Assembly (NCBI GenBank): GCA_963707985.1 | Contig: CAVPRW010000010.1 | Span: 192,001-256,000, forward strand | Reading direction: 5' to 3' | Origin: an uncultured Nitrospinota bacterium | Lineage (GTDB): Bacteria > Tectomicrobia > Entotheonellia > J063 > CAVPRW01 | Length of the DNA: 64,000 nucleotides | Program-made: the position numbers and the translations under genes | Notes under the pieces: generated by a model | Databases searched by the model: none | What the model saw: the letters and a program-made list of their open reading frames with translations, nothing else | Told to the model about the DNA's origin: nothing | Part shown: positions 34,882 to 46,806 of the stretch, piece after piece | Numbering within the stretch: position 1 is the first letter of the stretch | How the letters are laid out: every line of letters begins with the position of its first letter

Positions 34882-35646
34882 TTAGATCGTCATGAGCCCG
34901 CCATCAACGATCATGGAGTGCCCGGTGACAAAGGACGCCGCATCGGAACACAACCAGATGACCGCCTCTGCGATTTCCTCAGGAGTTCCGCGTCGGCGCA
35001 TCGGCTTGAGCGACAGGACAAACTGTTCGAGATCGGTGCCGCGACCGCCCATGGCGCGATCGCCCATTGGGGTATCAATCAATCCAGGACAGACAACATT
35101 GACCCGGATATGATCTTGGGCATGCTCCATCGCCGTCGTTTTGGTGAGGCCGATAATGCCATGTTTGGTGGCCACATAGGGCCCAAACCCCGGAAAGCCG
35201 ATCAACCCACCCACAGAGGCCATGTTGACGATCGCCCCACCCCCCTGTGCGATCATCGGTGGAATCTCATATTTCAGACAGAGCCATGTGCCCTTCAGGT
35301 TGATGTCGATCACCGCATTCCAGTCCTCCTCCCGACAGTCAATAGTGGGTCCAATCGTCCCCTCGATCCCAGCATTGTTGCAGGCATAATCCAGGCGACC
35401 GTAGGTCTCGAGACACATGGCGACTAGAGACTGTACCTCCGAGGCTTTGGAGACGTCTGTTCTGACGAAAATTGCTTCTCCTCCGCCATTTTTAATCATT
35501 TGTACAGTATGTTCCCCTTCACTCGTTCTTCGCGCCGCCACGACCGTCCGAGCTCCTTCGCGGGCGAAGTGCAAGGCCGTAGCTTGCCCAATGCCTGAGC
35601 TCCCGCCGGTGACTAACGCCACTTTGCCTGTCATGATGGGCGCCAT
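34882..35646 (-). CDS. SDR-family oxidoreductase
   Basis: TGGSSGIG, NNAG, YVATKHG, VDGG. Confidence 0.95.
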   Translation of the reverse strand: MAPIMTGKVALVTGGSSGIGQATALHFAREGARTVVAARRTSEGEHTVQMIKNGGGEAIFVRTDVSKASEVQSLVAMCLETYGRLDYACNNAGIEGTIGPTIDCREEDWNAVIDINLKGTWLCLKYEIPPMIAQGGGAIVNMASVGGLIGFPGFGPYVATKHGIIGLTKTTAMEHAQDHIRVNVVCPGLIDTPMGDRAMGGRGTDLEQFVLSLKPMRRRGTPEEIAEAVIWLCSDAASFVTGHSMIVDGGLMTI

Positions 35647-35939
35647 AGGTGATCCTCCCTCCCAACAGATGCCCTTTTCCCCAGGATATCGAAGGCACCA
35701 CTCTCATTGGCCGATTCATCCTCGCACCACTCCGTTCGCTGGGCTCTCTGTTGCCTGCATGGCTTGTCAGAGCTGGATAAGCATTTGAGAGAAGCGCAGC
35801 GTCTGCTCAAAGACGCCAGCAAAGTGGCACGTGGTCTGCCATGGAGAACATGCGTGGCATATCGTAGGCACCACTGCCCCTGCCGGGTTAGCAATCTTAG
35901 AAGCTTCTTGGCTGGGAGACAAGCACAATCGGTGAAGAC

Positions 35940-36100
35940 AGCGGGCCGTAGGTCGTTTGTACATGGACGCTTGATCGTGTCCGGTCCATATCCCGACATG
36001 TAAATGACCTGAATTTCCGGGCGTGTCAAGGTCAACTGCGCTGCCACCTCAGGACCGCTGAGCCCATGGAGCACCACATCGGCCAGCAGCAGCTGGATGG
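35940..36100 (-). pseudogene. Response-regulator receiver fragment
   Basis: LLLADVVL.GLSGPEVAAQL...RPEIQVIYMSGY. Confidence 0.55.
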
Positions 36101-36367
36101 AGCCTCTATGCTGGTCGCTCCTCTACACCGCCATGCGATGGCGACAGCCGTGGCCTCACCCATTGTCGGTCAGGTCTGCCTCGTCGCAGTCCACATGAAC
36201 GCTGGGCACAGGCGATGCCACTGCAACACTGGTCTGTGGTACAACTGATGCCATGCACACTGGGCAGATTCCATGGTAGTATAGCACTGCTGTTCTACCG
36301 CCTATCAAGTATCTGTGATAGGCATACGCGATCATCGGCCCAGGAGGGGCGGAGCGTCACGGAACCT

Positions 36368-37516
36368 ATGCGCGTAATTACCAAAGCAATCTTGAAAGAA
36401 ATGACCACTGTGGCAGGTATCACGCTATTGGGGCTTGTGGTGCTCGTCCTTCTCCAACAGGCCGTGCGTCTGGCTGACCTCATCACCAAACAGGGGGTGT
36501 CACCGCTCGCGATCGCCCCGATTCTTGCACTTGCCCTACCTGCACTGGTGGTTACTATTTTCCCTGTATGCTCCCTCATGGCGCCAGCGATTACGCTTAG
36601 TCGTTTCGCCGCCGATAGTGAGCTACTGGCGCTCAGAGCCACAGGCTATAGCTTCTATCAACTCCTTACCCCGGTCCTGGGTTTGGGAGTATTTATGGGG
36701 GTCGTAACCGCGGTCCTCGTCCTTGAAGTCATCCCACATGCCAATTTCCTGGCCCGGCAATTGGTCTTTGACGCCGTGTCGACATCATTGCAACTGCGGG
36801 TGCAGGAACGGGTGTTCCAGTCTCCCCTTCCAGGACTGGTCGTCTATGTTGAGCGCATCAATCAGAATAATGGCCAGCTCGAGGGCGTACTCATTGCCGA
36901 CAGTCGCACTCCCGAGTCCACTACGATCTTTGCCTCCGAGGCCGAGATACTCCCCGATTTTGCCGGCATGCGGGTAGTTGTCAAAATGCGCAATGGCTCG
37001 CTATTACGTCGTGAAGGAGAGCAAAGCTTCCAGCAGGCGACCTTCGAGGGTTACAGTTTTGTGATCGATGTTGGTAATCCTTGGGATGGTGCGGAGCTTA
37101 GCCGAAAACGTGTCCGTGAGATGACCCTCGGCGAGATCGGGCAGCAGATGCAAATGCTCAAAGTCAGCGGTGGCAGCAACCTGCGAGCACTGGTCGAATG
37201 GCATAAACGCGTCGCACTCCCAGTTTCCTGCTTCGTGCTAGTGTGTGTGGGGGCACCTATCGGTGGCCTCAATCGTCGTACTGGACGACTCGGTGGCTTC
37301 GCCATAAGCGCTGCTGGGCTCCTACTGTACTACATTGTGGTGACTGGTGGCTCAAGTTTGGCCGAAACTGGGGCTATTTCACCGCTTATAGGTGTCTGGG
37401 GGCCGAATGTTCTGGTTGTAGCAGTAGCCGTGTACCTCGTATTGACAGCCAATGGTAACCACCTATTCGTAGGTTCCAAGCACCGTGCGGTAAGGACCCA
37501 CGAGCTCTCCCCATAA
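36368..37516 (+). CDS. lptF: LptF/LptG-family LPS export permease
   Basis: SR..DSE.LAL.A.G.S; VF....PGLVVYV; EWHKRVALP; W.PN; six TM segments. Confidence 0.85.
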   Translation: MRVITKAILKEMTTVAGITLLGLVVLVLLQQAVRLADLITKQGVSPLAIAPILALALPALVVTIFPVCSLMAPAITLSRFAADSELLALRATGYSFYQLLTPVLGLGVFMGVVTAVLVLEVIPHANFLARQLVFDAVSTSLQLRVQERVFQSPLPGLVVYVERINQNNGQLEGVLIADSRTPESTTIFASEAEILPDFAGMRVVVKMRNGSLLRREGEQSFQQATFEGYSFVIDVGNPWDGAELSRKRVREMTLGEIGQQMQMLKVSGGSNLRALVEWHKRVALPVSCFVLVCVGAPIGGLNRRTGRLGGFAISAAGLLLYYIVVTGGSSLAETGAISPLIGVWGPNVLVVAVAVYLVLTANGNHLFVGSKHRAVRTHELSP

Positions 37517-37517
37517 G

Positions 37518-39113
37518 TCAGGACCTGCTTGCTATCGCGGTAGGGAGGCCGGTCACCCGGCCCCCTCCCGCACAGAACCGTACGTGCGGCACGACCGCAT
37601 ACGGCTCTGACCTCGGATGCGTGGCGTCAAAGCGGACGCTTGGAAACGGCTGCAGGAGGCGCTGGGTGGGAATCCAACGGTGGATCAGCGCTTTAAATCG
37701 CCGCCAGTTCAGGCGCGTCTTCTGACTGCGCAGGCAGAGCTGCCGCCGCCAGAGCCGGATGACCCGTCGCCGGCAGGTGCCGCGCGTACGCCTATGACCC
37801 GGCACCGCGTGGTCGTTGAAGTCGCCTTGCACGACCGACCCCAGCCACTGACCTGTCCGTGCCATGGGCTCGTGCCGGCGTTGGCGTAGCTGCTGATGCA
37901 GCGCCTTCAGCGTGGCCCCCATCCGCTTGCGAGCGGTCGTGCGTCGGACAGTAAAGTCGCCGGGCTTCCAGTGCCGTTCGCAGATAGGCGTGAAGCCCAG
38001 AACGTCGAACGTTTCCGGCTTGCCTTCTCCGCGCCGCTTCCGGTTCGCGTTGGCGTGTGGTCCGAACTCGATCAGGCGCGTGTGGTCCGGGTGGACTGCC
38101 AGGCCGAACGGCTGGAATCGAGCCTGCAGGTCCACCAGGAACCGTTTCGCGTCCTCTCGGCGTTCGAAACCAACCACGCCATCATCCGCGTAGCGGACGA
38201 CCACGACATCTCCTGGGGCGACTTTCGTGCGCCAGGCGTCCACCCCGAGGTCGAACACATCGTGGAGAGACACGTGGCCGAGGAACGGCGAAACGACCGC
38301 CCCTTGCGGGCCCCCCACCGGCGTCTCCGACCACAGGCCTTCCTCCGCCACTCCGGCCCGCAACCATGTCTGGACCAGGCGGAGGCCCCGAGGATCGGCC
38401 ACGCGAGGCTGGAGGAATGTGATGATCCATTCGTGCGTCAGTGTGTCGAAGCACGCGCGCCTGTCGTACTCCAGCACGTCGTGCACCCGCCGCCGTGTGC
38501 GCGCAACCGAGAGTGCGTCCAAGGCCTGGTGCGGACTGCGCCCCGGCCGGCACCCGTCGGCGAACCCCCGAAAATCCTCCTCGTAGATCTGCTGCAGGAT
38601 AGTCACCACCGCCTGTTGGACACTCTTGTCGTCCAGGGCGGCGATGCCCAACGGACGTTGTCGTCCATCAGCCTTCGGGATGGAGACCCGCCGGGGGGGT
38701 TGTGCTCGATAAGTCCCGCGGTGCACTCGGCGGTGGAGGTCGGCAAGCCGATGGTCCAGGCCGGGCTCATACGCCTGCCAGGTCACGCCATCCTCCCCGG
38801 GAGCGGCGTGCCGCGTCAGCATAGAGAAGCGGTCCCGGAGCACATCGACCGTGAGATGGTGGAGTCAGGCGGTGCACTGCTCCTGGTTGTGCTGCCGTGC
38901 GGCTTGGCGCACGCGAGCCAGTCCCTGGGACACGCGTGCCCCGCGCGGTGTCGGGTACGTGTGGGATCGGCGCGCGTGCTCCTTGGTCCCCGCGCGTCCC
39001 GCCCCCCTCTCCGCCGACCGTTGCTGGTCCTTGTTCGAGGAGTTCCTTGGTACGATCGCGTGGTCTGACGCCTCAGAGACGGGCCTGGAGGCCGTACGGC
39101 TGTGGGCCTTCAC
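37518..39113 (-). pseudogene. ltrA: Group II intron reverse transcriptase/maturase (in-frame TGA at 38865)
   Basis: AAPG.DG, IPKADG.QRPLGI, PQG..VSP and YADD; many conserved residues altered. Confidence 0.9.
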
Positions 39114-39451
39114 CTCCCGGTCTGTTCTGTGTATGCGCTCAGACCTCTCTGAGGTCTCCCGGTTCTCGTGCAGGACGTGTCTCGACGTGCCTGGGGTCTC
39201 AGACGACGCGGGGTCGGCGGCGGACTCGCGCTGGCGCCCTCAGCCGTGTGGCCTGCCGCTGAAGTCGAGCCGCGTCGGCACCCCGATGGCGGCTTTTCGA
39301 CGTGCACTAGCCCGGCCCGCCGATGCCCCTATCCACGCTTCGATGGGCACCTCGCGGCGCCCACCGCAAGACCTGGGGTCAGGATGGCTCGCGAGGCCTT
39401 TCCTGTGGGACTCTGGCATTCCCGACTTCCTGCCGGTGTAGCCCGGCGCAC
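37534..39451 (-). mobile_element. Group II intron with a degenerate RT/maturase
   Basis: 5' GTGCG at 39451; DV GAGCCGTATGCGG..GTACGGTTCTG and DVI ending CCTACCGCGAT at 37534. Confidence 0.92.
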
Positions 39452-39686
39452 CGACTTTGGCCAGTTACGAACCACACCGCTATGGATTAGCCGGGGGCGG
39501 GCAGGTATGGTCCGGGAATTAGGTGAAGTCCCATGGGGACAGGGACATCATGTAATTGCCCCATATCTGATACGCCTATGGATCAAGGCTTTGTCTGGCA
39601 GCGGTTTTCCCCATATGCTGGGTTTGAGAAAAATAGCCAAAGTCGAGTAGAAGGTAGCCTTCTTGAAAAAAATACTCTCAAGGGTG

Positions 39687-39995
39687 CTACCATCTGTCCG
39701 AACTCCTGATCGGGCTTGATGAGACATTGTTCTTGTGCATTTCATATAGACTTTGCTTCCGTTTATGCTGCATAACTGCCTCAGCAAATTCCTTCTCTTT
39801 CGTATTTATGAATTCTTCAATTTCTGCCTTAAACACTACAGAAATAAGGCGCTCAAATAGCAATAACCATGATGTAATTGACATAAGCATTTTAATGCGT
39901 CGCATTATCATGAAAATAATGAGGAATTGAATAATTATGACCGACGAAAAAAGAATTGCGATCGTCCCAATGTTGGACGAGATGTAAGTATTCAT
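39687..39995 (-). CDS. AT-rich small membrane protein (cassette-like)
   Basis: GGAG RBS, N-terminal TM segment, low GC. Confidence 0.6.
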   Translation of the reverse strand: MNTYISSNIGTIAILFSSVIIIQFLIIFMIMRRIKMLMSITSWLLLFERLISVVFKAEIEEFINTKEKEFAEAVMQHKRKQSLYEMHKNNVSSSPIRSSDRW

Positions 39996-40011
39996 GTCAT
40001 CTCCTTATTTC

Positions 40012-40551
40012 CTATTTGAGATTGACGGAAATTATTGCGCTAAAGAGAATAAGCACAATAAACAGTAGCGATGTTATCTGAGACAAACGTAAAAGAACAC
40101 TTTTACTCTGAACAGTCTTGAAGTTTGCAAACTCGGCCTCAGCAACGTTAAAGAAGAGAGATGGGAACATATGACTTTTGATAGTCTCCTCGTCCTTATC
40201 TCTTAGCCAATACAGAACATTGGGAATAGATGGAGGGAGTGGGATGCTACGTACCCAAAGGCAAAGAATAGAAAATAGAATGGAGAAAGCAACTAGCGTT
40301 GTGTTAAGGTAGAAAGTAAATACTAGAAGGCTACTCTGTAAGAGGAAGTTCTTCACCCAGAGGTAATAACCACCATAGAACGTTAACAATACGGGGATTT
40401 GAGCCGCCGCTTTTGTATCGCATCTCATTATCGAATCGTGAATCAATCTTGTTGAATTGATTGCATATGTAAGGAAATCACGAATATGGTTTTCAGGAAT
40501 CTTGCCAAAATTGTGAGCGTCTTCAATTTTTGGAATCTGTGGCATCAGCAT
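40012..40551 (-). CDS. Pycsar-effector-like (DUF5706/PycTM-like) membrane protein
   Basis: CDTKA motif followed by TM helices and C-terminal K...L..S..TM; AT-rich. Confidence 0.5.
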   Translation of the reverse strand: MLMPQIPKIEDAHNFGKIPENHIRDFLTYAINSTRLIHDSIMRCDTKAAAQIPVLLTFYGGYYLWVKNFLLQSSLLVFTFYLNTTLVAFSILFSILCLWVRSIPLPPSIPNVLYWLRDKDEETIKSHMFPSLFFNVAEAEFANFKTVQSKSVLLRLSQITSLLFIVLILFSAIISVNLK

Positions 40552-40602
40552 GACAATTCAACCATATTAACTACAGTTGAACATAATCACGATAAGAATA
40601 CG

Positions 40603-40692
40603 GCCTAACGCGAAACCAACCGTCGCCAGCCACCGAGCTTATCGCGAAGCGCCACATCACTCTCCGGCATATGGTTGAGCCCTGTGTGAGGT
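40603..40692. repeat. attC site (degenerate)
   Basis: GCCTAAC...CAACC..GGTTG...GTGAGGT. Confidence 0.6.
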
Positions 40693-40717
40693 ACATGGGT
40701 AACTCTATGTAACAGAA

Positions 40718-41257
40718 TCATTCGACTACCACATAACTCATTGCTTTCCATTCAATGGGGCCAACGGCCCTTCTTTGTATTGATATGTGCGTGGGTGCCG
40801 CTTGCGCCATGAACGTGGCTTGATACAGACCCGGCGTATCGACACTTACTACAACCTCATAGTGTTTGCTGTCTCCTGGCCGAATTCCTGTGCTTCTCTC
40901 GACCCGCTGGTCCCCAACGTCCGACATGAACGGTATTGAAGCCCTTGATACAAATTCAAGCGAAGGAGAACCCTGAACTGGCACTGTCACCTTTGCCAAG
41001 ATTATGGGTTCCATTCCCCACACAAGACGGGTATCTCGTGTTCCATGGTTTGTTATTGTCAGCGAAACCAAAATGTGGGGACGTTTTTCCGTCGGTATTG
41101 GGAATTGCTTTACACAAATGGCGATTCCAACCGCTGGACGACGCTGAAGCCAAAACACATATGCGGTCCACATGCCCCCTATAAGCACCGCGATCACAAT
41201 GGCATAGCTTTGAACACCGTCAGCAATCGTCTTAAATGTCTCGATGTCCTGAAACAT
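40718..41257 (-). CDS. Cassette-encoded hypothetical protein with an N-terminal TM segment
   Basis: MFQDIETF..AVLIGGMWTAYVF; lies between two attC sites. Confidence 0.7.
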   Translation of the reverse strand: MFQDIETFKTIADGVQSYAIVIAVLIGGMWTAYVFWLQRRPAVGIAICVKQFPIPTEKRPHILVSLTITNHGTRDTRLVWGMEPIILAKVTVPVQGSPSLEFVSRASIPFMSDVGDQRVERSTGIRPGDSKHYEVVVSVDTPGLYQATFMAQAAPTHISIQRRAVGPIEWKAMSYVVVE

Positions 41258-41280
41258 GAATGAATTCCCTACGTTTCGCC

Positions 41281-41338
41281 GCCTAACGCTCCCGCTCAGC
41301 GGCGCGAGCGCTGGCGAGCGTCCGCTGCAGCGCCTGGT
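41281..41338. repeat. attC site, left part (completed by TCGGC at 46853-46857 after the intron)
   Basis: GCCTAAC..CAGCGG..CCGCTG..GT|intron|TCGGC. Confidence 0.85.
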
Positions 41339-41837
41339 GTACGCCCGACATGGGCATGAACTGATGGGGTGAAAGTCCCCTGTAGGAGGACCTGGTCGGT
41401 CCTTTGGGACAGACACAACTACGAGCCGACGGCAAGGGCAGCCCCGCGCGGAGCGGTCTGAAGGAAGCCCGAGCGCCACGGTGCGAGCCGACGCACAGAA
41501 ACCGCCTAGAAGGCTCAGTCTCCGGGCGAGGCAGCACAAGATGACGAAGCCCACCGGGTACAGGAGAGAGGGTCCATGCGGCGGTTGTGCACGGATAGGT
41601 CAGGCTCTTATGCGGGGAGGTCTGTCCGGCAGGCGGCCAGGACGGGCCAAGGGAGCCGGACTGAGGCCCAGGGCGCAAGCCCTGGAAGTGCCACCGGACC
41701 CTACCGCCCCCTTTCGGCAGCGCGTCCCGCGGTCACGCGAGGCGTGACCGGGCAGAAGTCAGCCGAGGCCGTAGTCGCCGCCCGGGCCAGGAGGCCAGAG
41801 CGGTGAAGGGCCGAACACGAGAGCACAAGGAGGAGCC

Positions 41838-44800
41838 GTGAACGACTCGCTCTTGATGTCGAACCCGACCGGGGGAGTCAGTGACCGGCGTCGGCCCACG
41901 CCGCCAGCCTTGCACGACGACCGCATGGCGCAGGTGGTGGACCCCGCGAACCTGCGAAGGGCATGGAAGCAGGTGAAGGCCCACCAGGGAGCACCTGGCA
42001 TGGACGGCATGCCCCTGGAGGACTGCCCCGCCTGCGCACGCGAGCACTGGCCCACCGTCCGCCAAGCACTGCTCGACGGCCCCTATCAGCCCGCACCGGT
42101 ACGCCGGGTGGCGATTCCAAAGCCCGGCGGTCGGGGGGAACGTCAACTCGGCATTCCCACCGTGCTGGACCGGGTGATCGCGCAGGCCATCGCGCAGGTC
42201 CTCACGCCGCTGTTCGACCCGGAGTTCTCGGCGTCGCGCTTCGGCTTTCGACCCGGACGCTCCGCCCATGGAGCGCTCAGGCAGGTACAGCGGTACAGCG
42301 GGGAGGGGGATCGCCTCGCCGTGGATGTGGACCTGGAGCAGTGCTGCGACCGGGTCTCCCACGACGTGCTGCTGACGCGCGTGGCCCGTCAGGTGCGCGA
42401 TACGCGGCTCCTGAGCCTGATCGGCCGCGACCTGCGGGCGGGGGTCGTGGTCGGGGACGTCATCCAGGCGACGGAGGTGGGGACCGCTCAAGGCTCCCCG
42501 CTCTCCCCGGTGCTCGCCAATGGCTTGTTGGACGACCTTGATACAAGCGTTGGAGCGCCGTGGCCACCGCTTCGCGACGTATGCCGACGACCTGCTGGTA
42601 CTGGTCAACAGCAGGCGCGCCGGTGAGCGCGTCAAGACAAGCCGCACGCGCGTTCTGACCACGCAGCTGCAGCTCAGCGTGAACGAGTCCAAGAGCCGGG
42701 TGTGTCGGACCGAGGCGGTCGTGTGCCTCGGCTGCACCTTCCGGGGCACCAAACGGCGTTGGTCCGAGGAGGCCGTCGCCGACTTCAAGCACCGCGTCCG
42801 GCAACTCACCGGGCGCTCTTGGGGCGTGGCGATGGCCTATCGGCTGGAACGGCTCGCGCGCGACATCAGAGGCTGGATGCATGACTTCGGCATCTCGGAC
42901 GACTACCGTCCCAGCCCGGAGCTGGACCACTGGCGGCGGCGGCGTCTCCGCATGTGCTAGTGGAAACAGGGGCGCCGGGTGCGCACCAAAGTCCGCCCTC
43001 TCCTGGCCTTGGGCACAGGTCAACGCCAGGCCATTCGGACGGCGCGGCGCTCCACGGGCGACTGGCATCTGTCGAAGACCCTGGCCACCCCATCGGGGAT
43101 GACGAATACCTGGCTGCAACTTTCAGAATTATCTGGGCTCTTGCGCACTTTTGGTGACGTTGGGAGAGGGCACGGTACACAATACGCGAGGCCCAGGAGG
43201 TCAGCGGTGCCATCAGACGATTAGGCGATCATCTGCCTCTCCTGAGCCGCTCCCGCAGACGTCCCGAGGACGTCCACCGAGGACGTCAGGCGTGGTATCC
43301 CGCCATGCCCCGCTCGACGCTGTGAGCTAGGCGGCCACTCTCCCTGATTGGGCAAGGCCTCCTGCTCACGCGCTGGCGCGCGTACGAAGCGGCGGCTCAG
43401 GAGATCGAGGCGCGCGCGGCCAAACATCTGGCGCTTGAGCATTTTGAGGCGATTGATGTGTCCCTCCACGGGGCCCGTACTCCAGGGGAGGGTCACACCG
43501 GCTTTGACGGCGTCGTAGTCCTCGTAGAGCCCTGTGGCAAAGCGTCGCAAGGCCTCCAGCGTACTGGTGGTCGCGCGCTTCAGCCAGGGATCGAGCTGCG
43601 TCGGCTGCCGCTGGCGCACCAGGGTGGCAAAGTCCTGCGCGAGGTCGATCGCCTCGGCCACCTCGGCATGCTGCGCGCGCAACTGGGCGAGCTGCTGGGC
43701 CTCGGCTTCCGTGCGCTGCTCCTCGCGCCGGAGCACCAGCCAGGTCGCCCGGCGCGGCGTCAGGGGCTGGTACGCGGGACTCGGCCACGACCGGCAGCGG
43801 CTGCCGCGCGCGGCGTTGCCCGGGGGCCAGGCCCTGGGCCTGACGTAGGCGGCGGGCATAGGCGGCGACCAGGCCATAGCTCCCGGCGTAGCCCCGCTGA
43901 CGGAGCTCGCGAAACAGCCGCATGGCGGTATGGCAGCCGGCATTCCAGCGCTCCAGGAGAGAGGCTTTATAGGGATTGAGCACACTCTGCCCGCAGGTCA
44001 CTCCGCCGTTTGCGCCCAGGAAAGGTGGCAGTCTGGAGATCGCGCTGCACGGTGCGCAGACTCATCCCGACCTGCTGCGCAATGGCGGGGCCGGTCCAGC
44101 CCTGGCGGTGCAAGGCCCAGACCTGCTCATACAGGGCCTGCCGGCGTGCCTGGCGCTGGGCCGCGCGCTGCTGGGCGGCGCGGGGCGTGTCGTGGGGGTG
44201 GCACGGGCACCGCGACCGTCCCATCGGGCAGCGGCACGGGCTGCTGGCGCACCGCGGCATTGACGGCGTCGAGGGCGTGGCCATGCGTGGTGAACACCTG
44301 GTCCAGGGCTTCCGCCGAGATTCTGCAGCAGATGAAAGCGGTCCGCGACCTGGGTGGCCGCGGGGGCCCCTTGCCGTGCGCCGTCGGCATAGGCTTTCGA
44401 CCGATCCCGGGCGATCACCTCCACCCCAGGATGCTCCCGGAGCCACTGGGCCAGGGTCTCGGCGGTGCGATCCGGGAGGAGCGCCACGGGCTGGCGGCGC
44501 TCCAGATCGATCAGGACCGTGCCATAGGTCTGGCGTTTCCGCAGGGCGAAATCGTCCACGCCGAGGACGGTGGGGGTGGCGCAGGACGGGAGCGGCAGCC
44601 GGCGGAGCACGCGCAGCAGGGTGCGACGGCTGACGGCCACGCCCAGGCCACGGCTGAGCCGGCGCCCGCGGCCCCACCCAGGGCCACGGCGATGTGCGCC
44701 AGCCATTGCAGGAGCCGCTCCGTCCGCCGGGCCCAGGGGGCCACCACCCCGGGCAGCCGCTCGGTAAAGATGCGGCGTGGACAGCGCCCATTGGCGCAGA

Positions 44801-45248
44801 AAAACTTCCGGACGCTGCAGCTGCAAGACCACGCGCTACTGGGCCCACGGGAGGTCGGCCACGGTGCGCGCATAGCGACTATGGATGCGCCGCGTGGGAA
44901 ACCGGCACACGGGACAGTGCACCAGCGTCTGCGTGGACTGCACGCGCAGGGTCAGCTGCGCGGTGGTGGTGTCGAGGTGCCACGTCTCCAGGTGCAGCAG
45001 GGGCGCCTGAGGGAGCAAGTCAGACAAGAGTTCCATACGCCTCTCGGTATGCAAAAGAGTTGATTCATATGCTGTAGCCCGTATCCTTCCCTACAGTATA
45101 CCTGAGGACGAGAGGCGGGGGGAGCGATGGAAACGCATCACCAAAAGTGCCCAAGAGCCCAGATAATTCCGAAAGTTACACCTGGCTGCAACGCCAGGGC
45201 TTGATATCCGTGCGTGATCTGTGGCTTCAAGCGCATGGCTATGCCTGA
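41838..45248 (+). pseudogene. ltrA: Group IIC RT/maturase, degenerate, split by ISL3
   Basis: IPKPGG.GERQLGIPTVLDR, QGSPLSP, YADD. The C-terminus resumes after 45180 as WLQRQGLISVRDLW..*. Confidence 0.9.
43115..45180 (-). mobile_element. ISL3-family IS (frameshifted transposase) with 43-bp IRs and a CCTGGC duplication
   Basis: zf CPVC..HSRY.R; GVDDFA.RK; ARDRS..Y; ADRFHL; GPVEGHINRLKMLKRQMFGRA. The IRs match at 40/43. Confidence 0.92.
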
Positions 45249-45282
45249 AATTGCGTGTGCTCCACTGTCGTGAACCGCATAG

Positions 45283-46788
45283 TACTACAGTGGTAACAAT
45301 ATCTTGAAGATGCTATCTTGGTTCCGGACGCATCGATGGAGGCCGGAACCATGCGACAGATCGATGACACCCATGAGCGATTCCTATCGACCCCGACGGA
45401 TGCGACGGCCAGCACCATCGCCGGCGGGCGAGCCTACCTGGCAGATGTGGCGCGACGGCTGGCGCCCTATGTCGCGCGCTCGCAGTCCCGCGACCGGGTC
45501 CTGGCCTCTCTGCGCGGCTGGCGCAGGGAGGCCGAGCGCACGCACAGCTGGCCAGTGGCAGCAGTCTGCAGCGAGCCGACGCCCTCTGGCTTCGAGTACG
45601 TGCTGAGCCGCGCCGATGGGGACGCCGACGCCGTCCGCGACGAGCGGCGCACGTATCGCATGCAACATCTGGGGGATCCCAACGGCGTGCTGGTCCTCGA
45701 CGAAACCGGGTTTCTCAAAAAAGGCCAGCACTCGGCTGGCGTGGCCCGCCAGTACAGCGGAACGGCGGGCAAGGTGGACAACTGCCACATCGGCGTCTTT
45801 CTGAGCTATGCCAGCCCGCTGGGCCAGGTTCTGCTGGATCGGGAACTCTATCTGCCTCAGGAATGGACGGACGATCGGGAGCGCTGTCGGCAGGCCGGCA
45901 TTCCGGAGGACCGGGGCTTTGCGACCAAACCGCAGTTGGCCCAGCAGATGCTGGCCCGCGCCTTGGCGGCTGGCGTGCCGGCATCATGGGTCACCGGGGA
46001 CCGCGTGTACGGGGATCATCGCCCGCTGCGGCGGTGGCTGGAGGCCCAACCACGGGCCGCTGTCCTGGCGGTCTCGGGCCAGGCATAGGTGGGGCTCGGC
46101 GCGCAGCCGCGCCAGGTGAAAGCCCTCCTGGCCCGCTGGCCCGCGGCGGGGTGGACCCGGTGCAGTGCGGGCGACGGGGCCACAGGCCCGCGGGGGGATG
46201 CCTGGCGCTGGCTGCCCCTGGCCGAGCCGCTGGAACCCGGCTGGCACCGCTGGCGGCTGGTCCGGCGGCGTCTCAGGGCCCCCCTGGAGTTGACCGCCTC
46301 TGGGGTGTGTGCCCCACCCGCGACGCCCCTGCAGGAGGTGGTGCGGGTGGCGGGGAGCCGCTGGACCGTCGAGAGCGGCTTCGAGGCGGCCACGGGCGAC
46401 GTGGGTCTGGATCAGTATGCAGTGCGGAGCGGGACGGCCTGGGACTCGGCCGATCACCCTCGCGATGTGGGCGTTGGCCCTGCTGATCGTCAGGCGCGCA
46501 GGGACGATCGCCGTCGAGGCGTGAACCAAAAGTCTGCCACTGCCCCAGGGGGCGAGCCCACTGGCGGCGTGCAAGGCCCGGCGTGGCCTCGCCTCCCGTT
46601 GAGCGTGCCCGAGCGGCGGCGGCTGTTGTGACGGTGAGGGCTGGTCGTGCCCCACACGGTCCGCCACATCCTGGCCTGGTCGCCGTGGCGTCGGCGGCAC
46701 CAGCGTGTCGCCCAATATGACCATGATAAGCGTCGAGAGGAACTCGTAGGGGCCGTGGCGGCATCATCACCTTGTTACCACTGTAGTA
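45283..46788 (+). mobile_element. IS701-family IS, degenerate
   Basis: LDETGFLKKGQHSAGVARQYSGTAGKVDNC; perfect 17-bp IR TACTACAGTGGTAACAA; flanked by aTAG/CTAG. Confidence 0.92.
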
Positions 46789-46806
46789 CTAGTGCGGACC
46801 CGCATG

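Noticed and set aside
40718..41554. 278-aa ORF as listed
   Set aside because: The N-terminal third is antisense intron and attC sequence; the real start is probably 41257.
37518..45248. DGR or retron reverse transcriptase explaining the adenine mutations
   Set aside because: Both RTs lie within group II intron RNA boundaries. No TR/VR pair or msr-msd is seen, and the changes affect both A and T on the coding strand.
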